From an uncultured Candidatus Saccharibacteria bacterium (lineage in GTDB: Bacteria > Patescibacteriota > CAZHWT01), in the NCBI GenBank assembly GCA_964554805.1, contig CAZKPX010000004.1, positions 72,439 through 136,438 on the forward strand: a DNA stretch of 64,000 bases, given 5' to 3'. Positions 9,882-20,603 of the stretch are shown here, piece by piece; the first letter of the stretch is position 1, and each line of letters opens with the position of its first letter. The translations under genes and the position numbers were made by a program. The notes below the pieces were generated by a model that saw only the letters and a program-made list of their open reading frames with translations, did no database searches and had not been told where the DNA came from.

Positions 9882-11072
9882 CTAGATGTTAGCACTGTCA
9901 GGCTTCGGCTTGGCTTGAAGATGTAGATCGGAACGTAATTTTTGAACAATCAGCTGCCAGGAGTAATGCTGCTCAACCAGAGCGCGGTTATGTTTTTCTA
10001 ATTGCTGACGGTCTGACAGATTCAGTATCCTAAGAACCTGTTCGGCGAAAGCGGCAGGCTGGTCAGCGATGACCACTCCGTCGGATTGATGCAAACCTTC
10101 GGCTCCGATGGTAGTTGAGACAATGACCTTTTCCATGGCCATGGCTTCTAGAATCTTTAATCTGGTACCGGCACCGGATCGCAAGGGAACAATGGCCATG
10201 GTTGATTTGGCCACCCATTCCCGGACATCATCGACTTGGCCAGTGACGGTGATGGATGGGTCTTTGGCCATGGCCTGAATCGATTTGGTGGGGTTGCGGC
10301 CGACTATGTATAACTGGCATTGTGGCCTGTTTTTGTGAATGATTGGCCAGATCTGATCGACAAACCACTCCATAGCATCGACATTGGGGCGATAATCCAT
10401 CAGGCCGCAGAAAACTAAAGACTCCTGCGATGGTGTAGATTGCTTTGGTTTTTTAAAATAGTCGGTGTCCACACCATTGGAGGCTACAACGATCTTGGCT
10501 GATGGACAGAGCTTCTTCCAGTCGGCAGCCTCTTCTTCTGAGACCGCGACTATGGTATCGATATATTTGTCAGCACTGGCTTCGATCTTCTTTAGGAAGT
10601 AGGCGTATAGGTGTTTGTAGGCTTTTAAGGCTGGATTGGTAGCGTTGCTGGCTATTTTGTGGTGTAGTTGATGTTCTATGTTGTGGGCATCAAGGATGAA
10701 TTTGATGTCGGGGAATTTTTGAGCAGCCTGGTAAATCATGGGCAGGGTGTAGGAAAACTCGACAAAGACCAGATCTGGCTTGGAGTTTTCAAGTACTTTG
10801 ACAAAGTCGTTGGACAGTTTCTGATTGTGATAGATGGAGAACCATGGCATTAATTTCTGCCAGATTAATAGGCGAGGAGCTTCAATAGATCTGACCTGAT
10901 CAACTCCAGATTCAGTTTTTATAGTTGAATCTGAGTAGGGATCTGCCTGGCCTAGATATACAACAAAGACCTGATGAGATTTGCTGAACTGCTTGAGTAA
11001 GTTAAAAACCCTCAATCTGCCACCGGAGTTGGCGGGGTATGGTTTATCTGGAGTTAAGAAGAGGATTTTCAT
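9882..11072 (-). CDS. Glycosyltransferase family 4.
   Basis: GT-B with the GT4 C-terminal motif (ILEAMAMEKVIVSTTIGAEG). It is transcribed divergently from the GT2 gene. Confidence 0.7.
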   Translation of the reverse strand: MKILFLTPDKPYPANSGGRLRVFNLLKQFSKSHQVFVVYLGQADPYSDSTIKTESGVDQVRSIEAPRLLIWQKLMPWFSIYHNQKLSNDFVKVLENSKPDLVFVEFSYTLPMIYQAAQKFPDIKFILDAHNIEHQLHHKIASNATNPALKAYKHLYAYFLKKIEASADKYIDTIVAVSEEEAADWKKLCPSAKIVVASNGVDTDYFKKPKQSTPSQESLVFCGLMDYRPNVDAMEWFVDQIWPIIHKNRPQCQLYIVGRNPTKSIQAMAKDPSITVTGQVDDVREWVAKSTMAIVPLRSGAGTRLKILEAMAMEKVIVSTTIGAEGLHQSDGVVIADQPAAFAEQVLRILNLSDRQQLEKHNRALVEQHYSWQLIVQKLRSDLHLQAKPKPDSANI

Positions 11073-11199
11073 ACCGGAAATAGGTGCTGGCCGAATTAGT
11101 ATGCCTATTGTATCAGAAATGGCCTGATTGCATAGAAGTGTTGTGGTATCTATGCGCGCAACTATTTTATATAATATGGGAGAGACAGGAAGTCAAACT

Positions 11200-12168
11200 A
11201 TGTCAAAACCTACAATCAGTGTTATTGTGCCTGTTTATAAAGTTGAAGCGTATTTGGATCGTTGTGTTTCCAGTATATTAAATCAATCGTTGAAAGATTT
11301 TGAGCTACTATTGGTTGATGACAACTCTCCTGACGCCTGTCCTGCTATGTGCGATGAGTATGCCAAACAGGACACCAGGGTTAAGGTAAATCATTTGTCT
11401 AAAAATGTCGGCTTATCAGAGGCTAGAAATCGAGGACTGGCCGCTGCGCAAGGGGAGTTTATTTCTTTTGTCGATTCTGATGATTGGATTGAAAATAACT
11501 TTTTAAAAACCCTTTTGCATAAGGCCCGAGATACAGACAGCGACCTGGTAGCCTGTTATGTGCATAAAACCACTGGCCCTTCTTTTTCCGGTAATAATTC
11601 AGATATGGAAGATAAGGTTTATAGCACAAATGAGGCGCTGGTCAATATCTTTACCTCGTCTGACGAAATTGGCCATGTGGCCTGGAATAAGTTGTATAAG
11701 AAATCATTGTTTGATAAGGGAGTGACTTATCCCAAAGGGCTACTGCATGAGGATATTTTGACAACCTATAAATTGCTAGCCTATGCCAAACGAATCTGCT
11801 ATACCAAAGCCACTGCATACAATTACTTTCAGAATACGGACAGCATTACAGGTGCCAAGTTTAATGCAAAGCGATTGGAGGCACTTGATCGCTTGGATGA
11901 AATCGAAACGTTTTTGAAGGATGCAGATCAGCCCGCCAGAGAAGCGGCGAGATATTTTGAGTATTCTTATATCCGCTACTTTATCGAGCTGCTGGCGAGG
12001 CAACCAGATTTTGCCAATCAGCGACAAGTCTTGCTTCGGCGCCTATCTGCAAGTCGGCATGAGTTATGGTCAAATGCATATATGAATACAAAAGATCGAT
12101 TGATTGTGCAGGCCATGGCCTATCCCCCACTCTTTAATATGCTGCAATTGCTCAGATTCAAGGCTTGA
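11200..12168 (+). CDS. Glycosyltransferase family 2.
   Basis: SVIVPVYKVEAYLDRCVSSILNQS...LLLVDDNSPD is classic GT2 (the DxD is DDN/DSDD). The start is refined to M(SKPTI), with an AGGAAG RBS 7 nt upstream and a TATAAT at 11170-11175. Confidence 0.75.
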   Translation: MSKPTISVIVPVYKVEAYLDRCVSSILNQSLKDFELLLVDDNSPDACPAMCDEYAKQDTRVKVNHLSKNVGLSEARNRGLAAAQGEFISFVDSDDWIENNFLKTLLHKARDTDSDLVACYVHKTTGPSFSGNNSDMEDKVYSTNEALVNIFTSSDEIGHVAWNKLYKKSLFDKGVTYPKGLLHEDILTTYKLLAYAKRICYTKATAYNYFQNTDSITGAKFNAKRLEALDRLDEIETFLKDADQPAREAARYFEYSYIRYFIELLARQPDFANQRQVLLRRLSASRHELWSNAYMNTKDRLIVQAMAYPPLFNMLQLLRFKA

Positions 12169-12217
12169 GGCGGGCGGGCAGATGTGTACTACCTATTTGT
12201 GTTAGAATCATATTGCT

Positions 12218-13294
12218 TTGCCGAAGCTCTTATCACACCATCCCACAATAATTCCCATGAAAGATCGTTTAACTCTGTGGCTGTTTTTTCTTAATTCTGT
12301 CCGATGCACCCTACTAGCTGGCTTTGGGCAGAAAGTTATTCTTCTTGGTGCGCCTTTCCATTGGAATCTGGGCGACCATGCTCAGACCTATTGCACTGTT
12401 GAGTGGATGAAGGATAATTACCCGAATAAGAAGCTGTTGGTTTACGATACCCGCTCTGCAATTAAGTTTAACTATTTGTTGATGCGAGCCTTGAAGTTTT
12501 TTGCGAATGATAAAGACATTTATATATTGCATAGTGGCTATCACTTGACTGACCTTTATCCACTTGAATTAGATCTGCAGCTAAGAACTATCTCAGATTT
12601 CCCGGACTCAAAAATAATTGTTATGCCCCAAACTATCAACTTGACCACAAAGGAGGTGGAGTCGAGGGTGATAGATTGCTTTAACGAGGCCAAGGACTTG
12701 ACGCTGTTGTGCCGGGACGAGACCTCGTATGAGCTAGCCAAGAAGTTTTTCAGCTGCAAACTACTCCTTTTCCCTGATATTGTTACCAGCATGATCGGAC
12801 AGGAAATGCCAAGAGCCACAACACGGACTTCAATCAATCTTTGCTTACGCAATGACAAAGAGTCGTTATATCGCCAATCTGGCGAGGATCTTCGCATGGT
12901 GAATGAATTATCCAAGATTGATAAAGTGGTGGTTACTGATACCGAGGCAGCTGAAAATCCTTTTTATGTCAGACTAAATCTGGCCAAAGTTTTACAGAAA
13001 TCCTGGTTTGATTTTAGCAGCTATAAAGTAACCATAACCGACCGTTATCATGGCACTATCTTCTCTTTGATTGCCGGCACCCCGGTTGTTGTTATTGCTT
13101 CAACAGACCATAAGTTAATCTCAGGAGTAAAATGGTTTCCCAAGAAGTACTTTAAGGATTATGTTTTTTATGCAAAAGATGCCGATGAGGCAATCTTGTT
13201 AGTCGGCAATATTTATCAAAATAACTACACAAACCGACTTGAACCATACTTTAAGAAGAACTACTATAGCTCTCTAAAAAGTAAGCTTATATAA
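12218..13294 (+). CDS. Polysaccharide pyruvyl-transferase-like protein (CsaB/WcaK-like).
   Basis: An N-terminal glycine-rich loop with NLGD (GAPFHWNLGDHAQ), as in the PS_pyruv_trans family. It sits upstream of an F420H2-DH-beta-like gene, a recurrent pairing. Confidence 0.45.
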   Translation: MPKLLSHHPTIIPMKDRLTLWLFFLNSVRCTLLAGFGQKVILLGAPFHWNLGDHAQTYCTVEWMKDNYPNKKLLVYDTRSAIKFNYLLMRALKFFANDKDIYILHSGYHLTDLYPLELDLQLRTISDFPDSKIIVMPQTINLTTKEVESRVIDCFNEAKDLTLLCRDETSYELAKKFFSCKLLLFPDIVTSMIGQEMPRATTRTSINLCLRNDKESLYRQSGEDLRMVNELSKIDKVVVTDTEAAENPFYVRLNLAKVLQKSWFDFSSYKVTITDRYHGTIFSLIAGTPVVVIASTDHKLISGVKWFPKKYFKDYVFYAKDADEAILLVGNIYQNNYTNRLEPYFKKNYYSSLKSKLI

Positions 13295-13311
13295 TACTTA
13301 AGGATAATTCT

Positions 13312-14730
13312 TTGAAAGACTACGCTGATATTTTTAAAACTGAAATTAGAGAAGGTCTCAGTGTGAATAGTGGTTCGTTCGCCGTAGTTGATGAAAACCT
13401 TCAAATGGTTTTGGATGAATATGGCCAATATAAGGCCGTTATTATTGATCCGAGTAAAACTGCTTCAACGCATGACAGAGAGCTTTCTTTAGTCAGTGCA
13501 ATGTCTGACATAAGCCCTGACGAGGATAGTATTGCAAGAGAGCTTTACTCTACTACGCCAAGGATCAAGCACTCTCAGGCAGTCGGCTATTATTTGGATT
13601 TGTACGCAGGCCACGTTACAGAAGGGAACTTCCGAGAAATAGCTAGTTCCGGAGGCTTTGCCACATGGACTTTGTGTAAGCTCCTCGAAGGAGGCTTAAT
13701 TGACGGTGTCATTCATGTTAAAGAGTCAAATGATGACGATGGCACTCTATTTAAGTATGCCATTTCTAGGACCAAAGAAGATATAATCAACGGATCTAAG
13801 TCAAGATACTATCCCGCAGAGTTTTCTAAGACTATTAAGGAAATTAAAAGGACCAAAGGTTCATACGCTATTGTTGGCATCCCCAGTTTTATCATGGAGA
13901 TTAGACTACTAGCCAAAGTTGATCCCGAGGTTAACCGTGCTATTAAATACACCTTAGGATTAATTTGTGGGCACCAGAAAAGCACTAAATATGCCGAGGC
14001 TCTTGCTTGGCAGCATGGTATTCAACCAGGAGACTTGCAAGCTATTGACTTCAGAAAGAAGACTAATGAGGCTGTTTCTTATAAGTATCTGACCGAGTTC
14101 ACTGGGCAAATTAATGGTAAAAAAACTACATTCACTAAGAAGCAAGATGATTTATTCGCTAGTGACTGGGCTCATGGCTTTTTTAAGACTGCTTTTTCGG
14201 ACTTTACCGACGATGCATTGAATGAGACTGCTGATCTGGCGCTTGGAGACGCCTGGCTGGATGAGTACTACTCTGATAGCGGAGGGAATAATGTATTAAT
14301 TGTTCGACATCCCGATATAGCGCAAATAATTAAAGATGGTATTAAGCATAGCCATATCAAAGTCAATGCAATATCTCCAGCAACCGTACTGCGTTCCCAG
14401 CAAGGGCTTATTCACCACACCCAAGATGAAATCTCATATCGGTTAAGTAAGATTAACAAATCTAAGGGCTGGAAGCCTATTAAGCCACGCCACTCCCCCA
14501 ATCGCATCCCATTTCTCCGCCGAAGAGTTCAGGATCTTAGGCGAGAAATGGCAGTGCAGAGCCATATAGCATACCAAGAGGCAGTTGCTTTAAACAATTG
14601 GCAATATTTTGAAAAGAAGATGTCTCCCTATATCAAGCAGTATAAATTTTGGTATAAAGTGATTGAATATAATAACCTTGGATTAGAAGGATTTGCTAAA
14701 AGAGTTCTCAAGAAATTACGAAAGAAATAA
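13312..14730 (+). CDS. Coenzyme-F420-hydrogenase/dehydrogenase-beta-subunit-like protein, a cysteine-less variant.
   Basis: An SSGG motif (ASSGGFATWTLCKLLEGGLIDGVIHV), as in FrhB_FdhB_N, and a C-terminal LALGDAW block. There are no CxxC iron-sulfur motifs. Confidence 0.45.
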   Translation: MKDYADIFKTEIREGLSVNSGSFAVVDENLQMVLDEYGQYKAVIIDPSKTASTHDRELSLVSAMSDISPDEDSIARELYSTTPRIKHSQAVGYYLDLYAGHVTEGNFREIASSGGFATWTLCKLLEGGLIDGVIHVKESNDDDGTLFKYAISRTKEDIINGSKSRYYPAEFSKTIKEIKRTKGSYAIVGIPSFIMEIRLLAKVDPEVNRAIKYTLGLICGHQKSTKYAEALAWQHGIQPGDLQAIDFRKKTNEAVSYKYLTEFTGQINGKKTTFTKKQDDLFASDWAHGFFKTAFSDFTDDALNETADLALGDAWLDEYYSDSGGNNVLIVRHPDIAQIIKDGIKHSHIKVNAISPATVLRSQQGLIHHTQDEISYRLSKINKSKGWKPIKPRHSPNRIPFLRRRVQDLRREMAVQSHIAYQEAVALNNWQYFEKKMSPYIKQYKFWYKVIEYNNLGLEGFAKRVLKKLRKK

Positions 14731-16137
14731 GGCTCGAGTCCTTGCCTTTGCCCGAGAGGCTAGAGGCAGGATCACTCTGTGGGTAAGTAAGACTGCAATA
14801 ACCAACGCAAGCATAATGCTAAGAATGTTTAATATTGGGTCATTGATGTAGAACAGACTGCCTATTAGCAGATAGGCTCCTGCCAGCTTCAAAAAGATAT
14901 GCCCCGTATAGTCAATAGTTACATACTTCTTGACATCATAATGTCTCCATATAGCCATGGCAAAAAAGGCAATTGCCGAAGAAGCAGCCGCAGCATATAG
15001 GCCAAAGGTCTGAATAAAGATTAAGTTCAGGCACAAACTGATAGCCGCTGCACATATAGAAGTGACTAGTATTTCCCTAGTCATCCTCTTTGCCAGATAG
15101 ATAACGCTGTACATAGCAACATAAATTTGAAATAGAACGCTTATGACTACAATAGGTATATATTGATATGCTTCTTGATATTGCTGGCCAATTATTACTT
15201 TAAATAGTACCGGTGTCACCGCTATTAAACATAATCCAATTACTCCGAATACCCTAAAACTGGCATTATGCACTTCAGAGAAATACTTGTCCCTGTCTTT
15301 GCTATTGATATGAGTGGAGGCAGATTCCGTCCAAGCTAAGTCAAAAATTGAATAGATCGCCAGAAAAATTAGAGAGTATTTGCTGGCTGCGGCATAGATA
15401 CCGTTGGCTGCCGCGCCAAGAACTAAGACAATTATAGTTCTGTCTGAAGCTCGAATGAACCACCATGAAATTGCACTTGGTACAAGTGGCCACGAGAAGG
15501 ACAGCAGCTGGCCCTGAACTTTTCTCTTGACGCCTGACACAGAGAGATAGTCTAGCAAATTTAGCTTCCAGAATAAAAAAATGAAGGTTGTCGCATTGGA
15601 AAAGATAAGCGACCATAACACCCCTGCAGCGCCCATCTTCAAAACTACCACCAATACCAAGGTAAGAATTAAAGTGACTCCAGCCGCCATAATGTTTGCT
15701 ATGGCATATAGTTTATTCTGCCCAAATCCCCGCGCAAACTGTGAGGCTAGCATTGATAGGATAGTTGCTAATACAGAGATGGCAATCAGATTGGCATAAG
15801 GAATGCTTAGGAGGTGACTGATCGCTATGAATATAATTCCAGCTAAAACAACGAGAGGTGCAATGATAGCCAGGGCGCTTGAGATGACCTGGGTAATTTT
15901 TTCCTTATCTCCCCTTGCATCAATTAAGTCTCTAAAAACTGCTCTATCCAGTTGAATTATCAGGAGTGGTGAGAGCAATACTATGTATGTTAAGATCAGA
16001 TCAATTAGACCGTATACTTCTGGCTCCAGAAAATAAGTATAAAGTGGTAGTAAGAGAAATGAGATAAATTGTGATGCAATCCTACCCACACTCAGGATTA
16101 TAGTATTTTTGACTAGCTCGTTTTTCTTATCCATCAA
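14716..16137 (-). CDS. Wzx-type oligosaccharide flippase (polysaccharide biosynthesis protein, MOP superfamily).
   Basis: 473 aa with about 12-14 TM helices. The N-terminus LVKNTIILSVGRIASQFISFLLLPLYTYFL is typical of Wzx proteins. Confidence 0.65.
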   Translation of the reverse strand: MMDKKNELVKNTIILSVGRIASQFISFLLLPLYTYFLEPEVYGLIDLILTYIVLLSPLLIIQLDRAVFRDLIDARGDKEKITQVISSALAIIAPLVVLAGIIFIAISHLLSIPYANLIAISVLATILSMLASQFARGFGQNKLYAIANIMAAGVTLILTLVLVVVLKMGAAGVLWSLIFSNATTFIFLFWKLNLLDYLSVSGVKRKVQGQLLSFSWPLVPSAISWWFIRASDRTIIVLVLGAAANGIYAAASKYSLIFLAIYSIFDLAWTESASTHINSKDRDKYFSEVHNASFRVFGVIGLCLIAVTPVLFKVIIGQQYQEAYQYIPIVVISVLFQIYVAMYSVIYLAKRMTREILVTSICAAAISLCLNLIFIQTFGLYAAAASSAIAFFAMAIWRHYDVKKYVTIDYTGHIFLKLAGAYLLIGSLFYINDPILNILSIMLALVIAVLLTHRVILPLASRAKARTRALFLS

Positions 16138-16171
16138 ATACTTCTTCTATCCTGACCGCTATGATTTACCC

Positions 16172-17044
16172 TCACTGGGATATCACCTTGTCTTCAATAA
16201 ACATCTGGGCCAGATTTTTGTAATGATTTATAAAGAAGTTTAAGTGCTCTGAGTCTTTGTGGACCAGCCAGACTTCCCAGTAGATACCTTTTTTGCCCCA
16301 ATCAGACTCGGTAAAGGGTTGGCCGGTGAATTGGAATAGGTGGTAGCCTAATTCTTCAAAATAGGCGAAGAACTGTTGCTTGGTGTATCCGTATATATCC
16401 GCGGCGAATTGCATTCCATTTTCGAATACAACGACTGGCTTGTGCTTGGTGAGGATATCCTTGGCACCGAGAAGTGCGTCAAAATCTCCGCCTTCAACAT
16501 CAACTTTTATAAAAGAGACCCTATTTGCATTCTTGTTCTTGTGGTGGGAAAGTTCTTGATCAATGGTGGTTGTGGCTACGGTGATTTTTTGCCCGATGTC
16601 GTTTACATGGGCTCTGGCTTTTATGCCAGAATAGCCATCCTGCTTCGGATAATAGGTGAACTGGATTTCTTTGGTGCTCTTGACTACTTTAGGACTGGTC
16701 ACGGCTTTGTTGATTAGTTCGATATTGTCTATGGTTGAGCTTTGCTGGATATCTGAGGCATGGGCTGCTACGGCCTCAAAGGCCACCACCTTGCCCTGAC
16801 TACCCGCCAGCCTGCTCAAGGGGCCGGTATGAATACCATGATTGGCGCCGACATCAATCACCCAGTCCCCTTCTTTAACCAACAAACTGTAGACGTATTT
16901 CATGAATATTTCAGATTCATTGCTGTTAGCCGAAAAAAAGCTATACAAATCATCATAATTGCCTTGGGCTGACGGGCGCAATCTTCTGATACTAAAGCCT
17001 GACTTTCTGACCGTACTTTTTACTATATTTTTTAGTGCAGACAT
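16172..17044 (-). CDS. FkbM-family methyltransferase.
   Basis: The VIDVGANHGIHT motif is characteristic of the FkbM family of SAM methyltransferases. Confidence 0.65.
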   Translation of the reverse strand: MSALKNIVKSTVRKSGFSIRRLRPSAQGNYDDLYSFFSANSNESEIFMKYVYSLLVKEGDWVIDVGANHGIHTGPLSRLAGSQGKVVAFEAVAAHASDIQQSSTIDNIELINKAVTSPKVVKSTKEIQFTYYPKQDGYSGIKARAHVNDIGQKITVATTTIDQELSHHKNKNANRVSFIKVDVEGGDFDALLGAKDILTKHKPVVVFENGMQFAADIYGYTKQQFFAYFEELGYHLFQFTGQPFTESDWGKKGIYWEVWLVHKDSEHLNFFINHYKNLAQMFIEDKVISQ

Positions 17045-17307
17045 GGATTAATCCTTACCGGTATTTATTTTGTAATACTTCTACGCCTATATGATGAACC
17101 ATAGTCACTATATATTTCATCCGAGCCATTCTGGCTTGATCCAGGATTTTGCGATGGAGATATCTCTAGAAATTATACAGAAGGTGGTAGTCTAAATCTA
17201 CTGGACATTCGAAAGAAATATGCTAACCAATGGCGATGATTAGCTCAAAACTATTGTTGATTGCAGCGGCTAAAGGCTTGAATAGTCCTCAGACAATTGT
17301 AATGTGT

Positions 17308-18930
17308 TTACATGCCTGCGGCAGGCTGATGGTACAAGCGGTCAGTAATATCTACTAGATCGAATAGCTTTTTAGAATCTTTGAAGCCATAGACCTTTGT
17401 CTCCAGCGGCGACATGGGGATGTTGAAATATTGATCAAAAACGGTGCGGAAAGCATTAATGGATGACATATCATCTGATAGCCGAGCATAGTCCTGGTCG
17501 GGGAAATAGTAGGCGGTTAAGACGTTGGCCCGCTCGTGCAAGGCTTGATCTGAAGTGCTGACCCAGTTGTTACTCTTTTTGACTTGACTGTACTTTGAAG
17601 AACTGGCTCCCTCATCGGCTACCATCACTATAATGGCATTACCTTGGGTAGAGGCTTTTATGTACGAGATGATTTCCTGGGCTGTCCTGGTGGCACATTT
17701 AAGATGTTCGAGATACCCTTGATCATTACTCAGTCTGTCCAACTGAGTCGGGTCATATTGACAATCCTGGTTGAATATATAAGGCCCATGTGGCAATAGG
17801 ATGTGAGCCATAACGAACTTAGGGCTGGGCATATCTACGACAGTTTTGTAGGTGCTTAATTGATACTGGGTGTAGACCTTGTGGGCAATAAGGCTGTCGG
17901 CGGTGTTATCAGCAGTAAACAGGCTGACGATCGGCATGGCCATGGTGGCGGAAATTATTTCACGGACATAAGGATCCTTCAACCAGAACATTGGCGCATA
18001 CTGAAAAACCCGGTTATTACCTCCCTCTTGAGCTGTGGGCCAATACCAAGATGCTAATGAATAGTTTTTGTATCCTAGATCATGAAAGGTCTGTTGAGTA
18101 GCATTGTTTTTAAAAAGCGGAATAATATCAGACCCCTCAGTCGGCTGGCGGCCTTGCCAATCCTGGCTGTCATGATACTGCATATTAAGAGTGGCAGACA
18201 TGGAAAATGAGGTTTTAAGATAGTTCGACAGCGCATTTTCCGCTACAAAAAAGTTTTCGCTCCTTAACCAACTATAAAACTGACTGTTGTCGTATCCGTA
18301 GCTATCGAGCAATACATTGTTGGCAGCATAGCGATCAAACACCAGATAGTAGACATCTGGTTTGGATGCGGTGTAGTCGGGCAGATCGGTGGAGGCTAAG
18401 ACATTGCTGGCTGATGACAGGCTGGTATCTGCAACCTGCTCAACTCCCAGTTTGCCGCGCTCCGCCAAGCCTACCTGCCAAACTACCATGACTACTAATA
18501 TAATTGATACAACATTCATTATGGGTGTCAATATTCGACCAGAGTGAGAGGATCTTTTCCAATACCAGAATCCAGCCATCAGCAAAAGACTAACTACAGG
18601 AAAGACTGCTTTATCCGGGCCAATTATAAAATTGCCAACTCTGGCAAGCTCGTCAGGCAATGGATTTACCAAGGACCCATAGAGAGAAAACACAATAACA
18701 AATAAGCCCAGAGCTGCGGCAGCTTTGGGCCAGGACTTGTATATAAAATTGGAGATAAAGAAGAGCAGGCAGGTGACGATTATAACAAGTAGTAGTGGAA
18801 TATATACTACATCGAGGGTCAATTCCTGGACGTTGTGACTGTAGATAAAAATGACGGGATAAATGGCCAGCAATAACGGGTAAAATGGTTCACTACCGAC
18901 TTTGCTGAAAAATTGCCTAGCTTTATTCAT
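17308..18930 (-). CDS. Membrane-anchored alkaline-phosphatase-superfamily protein (LtaS/sulfatase/phosphotransferase-like), paralog 1.
   Basis: Five N-terminal TM helices, then a roughly 400-aa ectodomain. Conserved blocks are shared with the next gene (YYLVFDRYA, LLPHGPY, AYYFPDQ-Y, N-FRTVFDQYFN). Confidence 0.4.
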   Translation of the reverse strand: MNKARQFFSKVGSEPFYPLLLAIYPVIFIYSHNVQELTLDVVYIPLLLVIIVTCLLFFISNFIYKSWPKAAAALGLFVIVFSLYGSLVNPLPDELARVGNFIIGPDKAVFPVVSLLLMAGFWYWKRSSHSGRILTPIMNVVSIILVVMVVWQVGLAERGKLGVEQVADTSLSSASNVLASTDLPDYTASKPDVYYLVFDRYAANNVLLDSYGYDNSQFYSWLRSENFFVAENALSNYLKTSFSMSATLNMQYHDSQDWQGRQPTEGSDIIPLFKNNATQQTFHDLGYKNYSLASWYWPTAQEGGNNRVFQYAPMFWLKDPYVREIISATMAMPIVSLFTADNTADSLIAHKVYTQYQLSTYKTVVDMPSPKFVMAHILLPHGPYIFNQDCQYDPTQLDRLSNDQGYLEHLKCATRTAQEIISYIKASTQGNAIIVMVADEGASSSKYSQVKKSNNWVSTSDQALHERANVLTAYYFPDQDYARLSDDMSSINAFRTVFDQYFNIPMSPLETKVYGFKDSKKLFDLVDITDRLYHQPAAGM

Positions 18931-19001
18931 TGGCCTTATCTTTCAGGTATGCTACTAGAGTAACGTCTCAATTTAAAACGGTCAAGCCTCATAGATCAGC
19001 C

Positions 19002-20600
19002 CTATGGCGCGAGATAAAAATCGAACAAATGATCCTTGTCGGGCCAGAGGTAGGTTTGGTCTTCTAGGTTGGGGAGGTCGTAGTTGAAGTATTGGCGGAA
19101 GACGGTGCGGAAGGAGTTGACGGGGGTGATGGTGGGGTAGAGTTGGCTGTAGTTCTGGTCGGGGAAGTAGTAGGCGTTGAGGATTTGAGTGCGTTCTTGG
19201 ATAGCAGTGTCGGAGGCACCATCAAATTTCCAGTGGTGGCCGGTGGGGCTGATCATGGCTTCGGGGCCCTCATCGCTCTGGAGAATGATAATGGGTGGTT
19301 GGGTTGAGTTGGCTAGAATAGTGTCGATGGCCTGCATGGCCCTACTGTTGGCGCATTTGACCTGTTCGATGTAATTGGCCGGGCTGATTTCCCAGCGCTG
19401 CAGAGGTTGCTGGAGTAGATTGCAATCAGCATCATAGACGTAGGGGTCATGAGGCATAAGCAGGTGGGTCATGACAAATTTTTGCCCTGTTTGCTTGGTT
19501 GCTTGCAGGAGTTGCTGCTGGCCGAAGTCTGCCCAGCGATAATGCTGATCAAAGCCTAGCCCGAGTGGGTAATTAGTGGTTAATCCAGCTAATTCTGGAT
19601 AGTAGGATGTCTCGAGGAGTTGCCTGGTGAAGCTACTGGTGGTTATAAAATCTGACCAGTTGGCCATGATGTTGGTGTCGGCTACCTCGATGTTGCTGGC
19701 TAGCTCGTAATAATTGCCAACGTGGAAATAGGTGTAGCCAAGCGACTTGAAGATTTGGCCGGCCTTGTGATTTCTCATTAAGACTGAAGCGGTATCGGTG
19801 TCAGAGACACCGTCGGCCTGAGTATCGACCAGGCTTTGCAGATAATCTAGATTGAGGGTTGAGGAAAGTGAAAACAGGGTTTTGGGGTAGTTGGTGTTGG
19901 AATCAGTGGCTAGATAGAACTGCTTTTGAGCCAGATAATCGATTAGCTGTTGGTTATCATAGTCATAGTATTCAGCTTGAGTTTTGGGTGAGGCGTAACG
20001 ATCGAGGACGATGTAATAGATATCGGGTTGACTTGCAGCGACAAGCGATGAGTGATGAGCGACAGGGAGGACTTGGGTGGCCTGAAGTGCTTGCTGTCTG
20101 GCCTCGGAGCTGGCAAATAAGCCTGGAACAATTTGGATGAGAGGGCCGACAAGAAGAATAATGCCGACGAGGCTAATTAGTTTAATAAAACGTATCGATG
20201 GCCAGGTAGTCTGCCGACCGGCAGATTTCATAGCCATGACGACCAGCACTATTGCCACAAGTATATACAATAGCCAGACAGCGACTTTGGCTTGATCGGC
20301 TTCCAGCCACTGACCAAAAATCACAGTCAGGCTATTGAAGCTAAAGAATGTGACAACCAGCGTCAGGCTGATTAGAGCGGCAAAGGTTGGTTTTTTGGTT
20401 AAGAATGCCAAACCTATTTGGATAACTACGACGACAAAGGTTGTAAAAAGGAGCGGTTCAATCACCTGGTTTATAGTGGTGCCGTGAATATTGGTGGCGA
20501 ACAAGCTGAGAATTGCGAACCAGCTGAAGAGAATGGCTGGGGCTAGGCTTAGGAGCGACGAGCGACGAGCGACGAGCGACGAGGTGAATCGGTTGAGCAT
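19002..20600 (-). CDS. Membrane-anchored alkaline-phosphatase-superfamily protein, paralog 2. It carries a heptamer SSR in codons 7-17.
   Basis: Same architecture as 17308-18930 (IYYIVLDRYA, LLMPHDPY, AYYFPDQNY, NSFRTVFRQYFN). The N-terminal SSLVARRSSLL is encoded by (GAGCGAC)x4. Confidence 0.4.
   Translation of the reverse strand: MLNRFTSSLVARRSSLLSLAPAILFSWFAILSLFATNIHGTTINQVIEPLLFTTFVVVVIQIGLAFLTKKPTFAALISLTLVVTFFSFNSLTVIFGQWLEADQAKVAVWLLYILVAIVLVVMAMKSAGRQTTWPSIRFIKLISLVGIILLVGPLIQIVPGLFASSEARQQALQATQVLPVAHHSSLVAASQPDIYYIVLDRYASPKTQAEYYDYDNQQLIDYLAQKQFYLATDSNTNYPKTLFSLSSTLNLDYLQSLVDTQADGVSDTDTASVLMRNHKAGQIFKSLGYTYFHVGNYYELASNIEVADTNIMANWSDFITTSSFTRQLLETSYYPELAGLTTNYPLGLGFDQHYRWADFGQQQLLQATKQTGQKFVMTHLLMPHDPYVYDADCNLLQQPLQRWEISPANYIEQVKCANSRAMQAIDTILANSTQPPIIILQSDEGPEAMISPTGHHWKFDGASDTAIQERTQILNAYYFPDQNYSQLYPTITPVNSFRTVFRQYFNYDLPNLEDQTYLWPDKDHLFDFYLAP
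20553..20583 (+). repeat. Heptamer microsatellite (GAGCGAC)x4 inside the N-terminal coding region of the 19002-20600 gene.
   Basis: gagcgacgagcgacgagcgacgagcgacgag. A 7-nt unit in an ORF means a gain or loss of one unit shifts the frame. Confidence 0.8.
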
Positions 20601-20603
20601 AAC

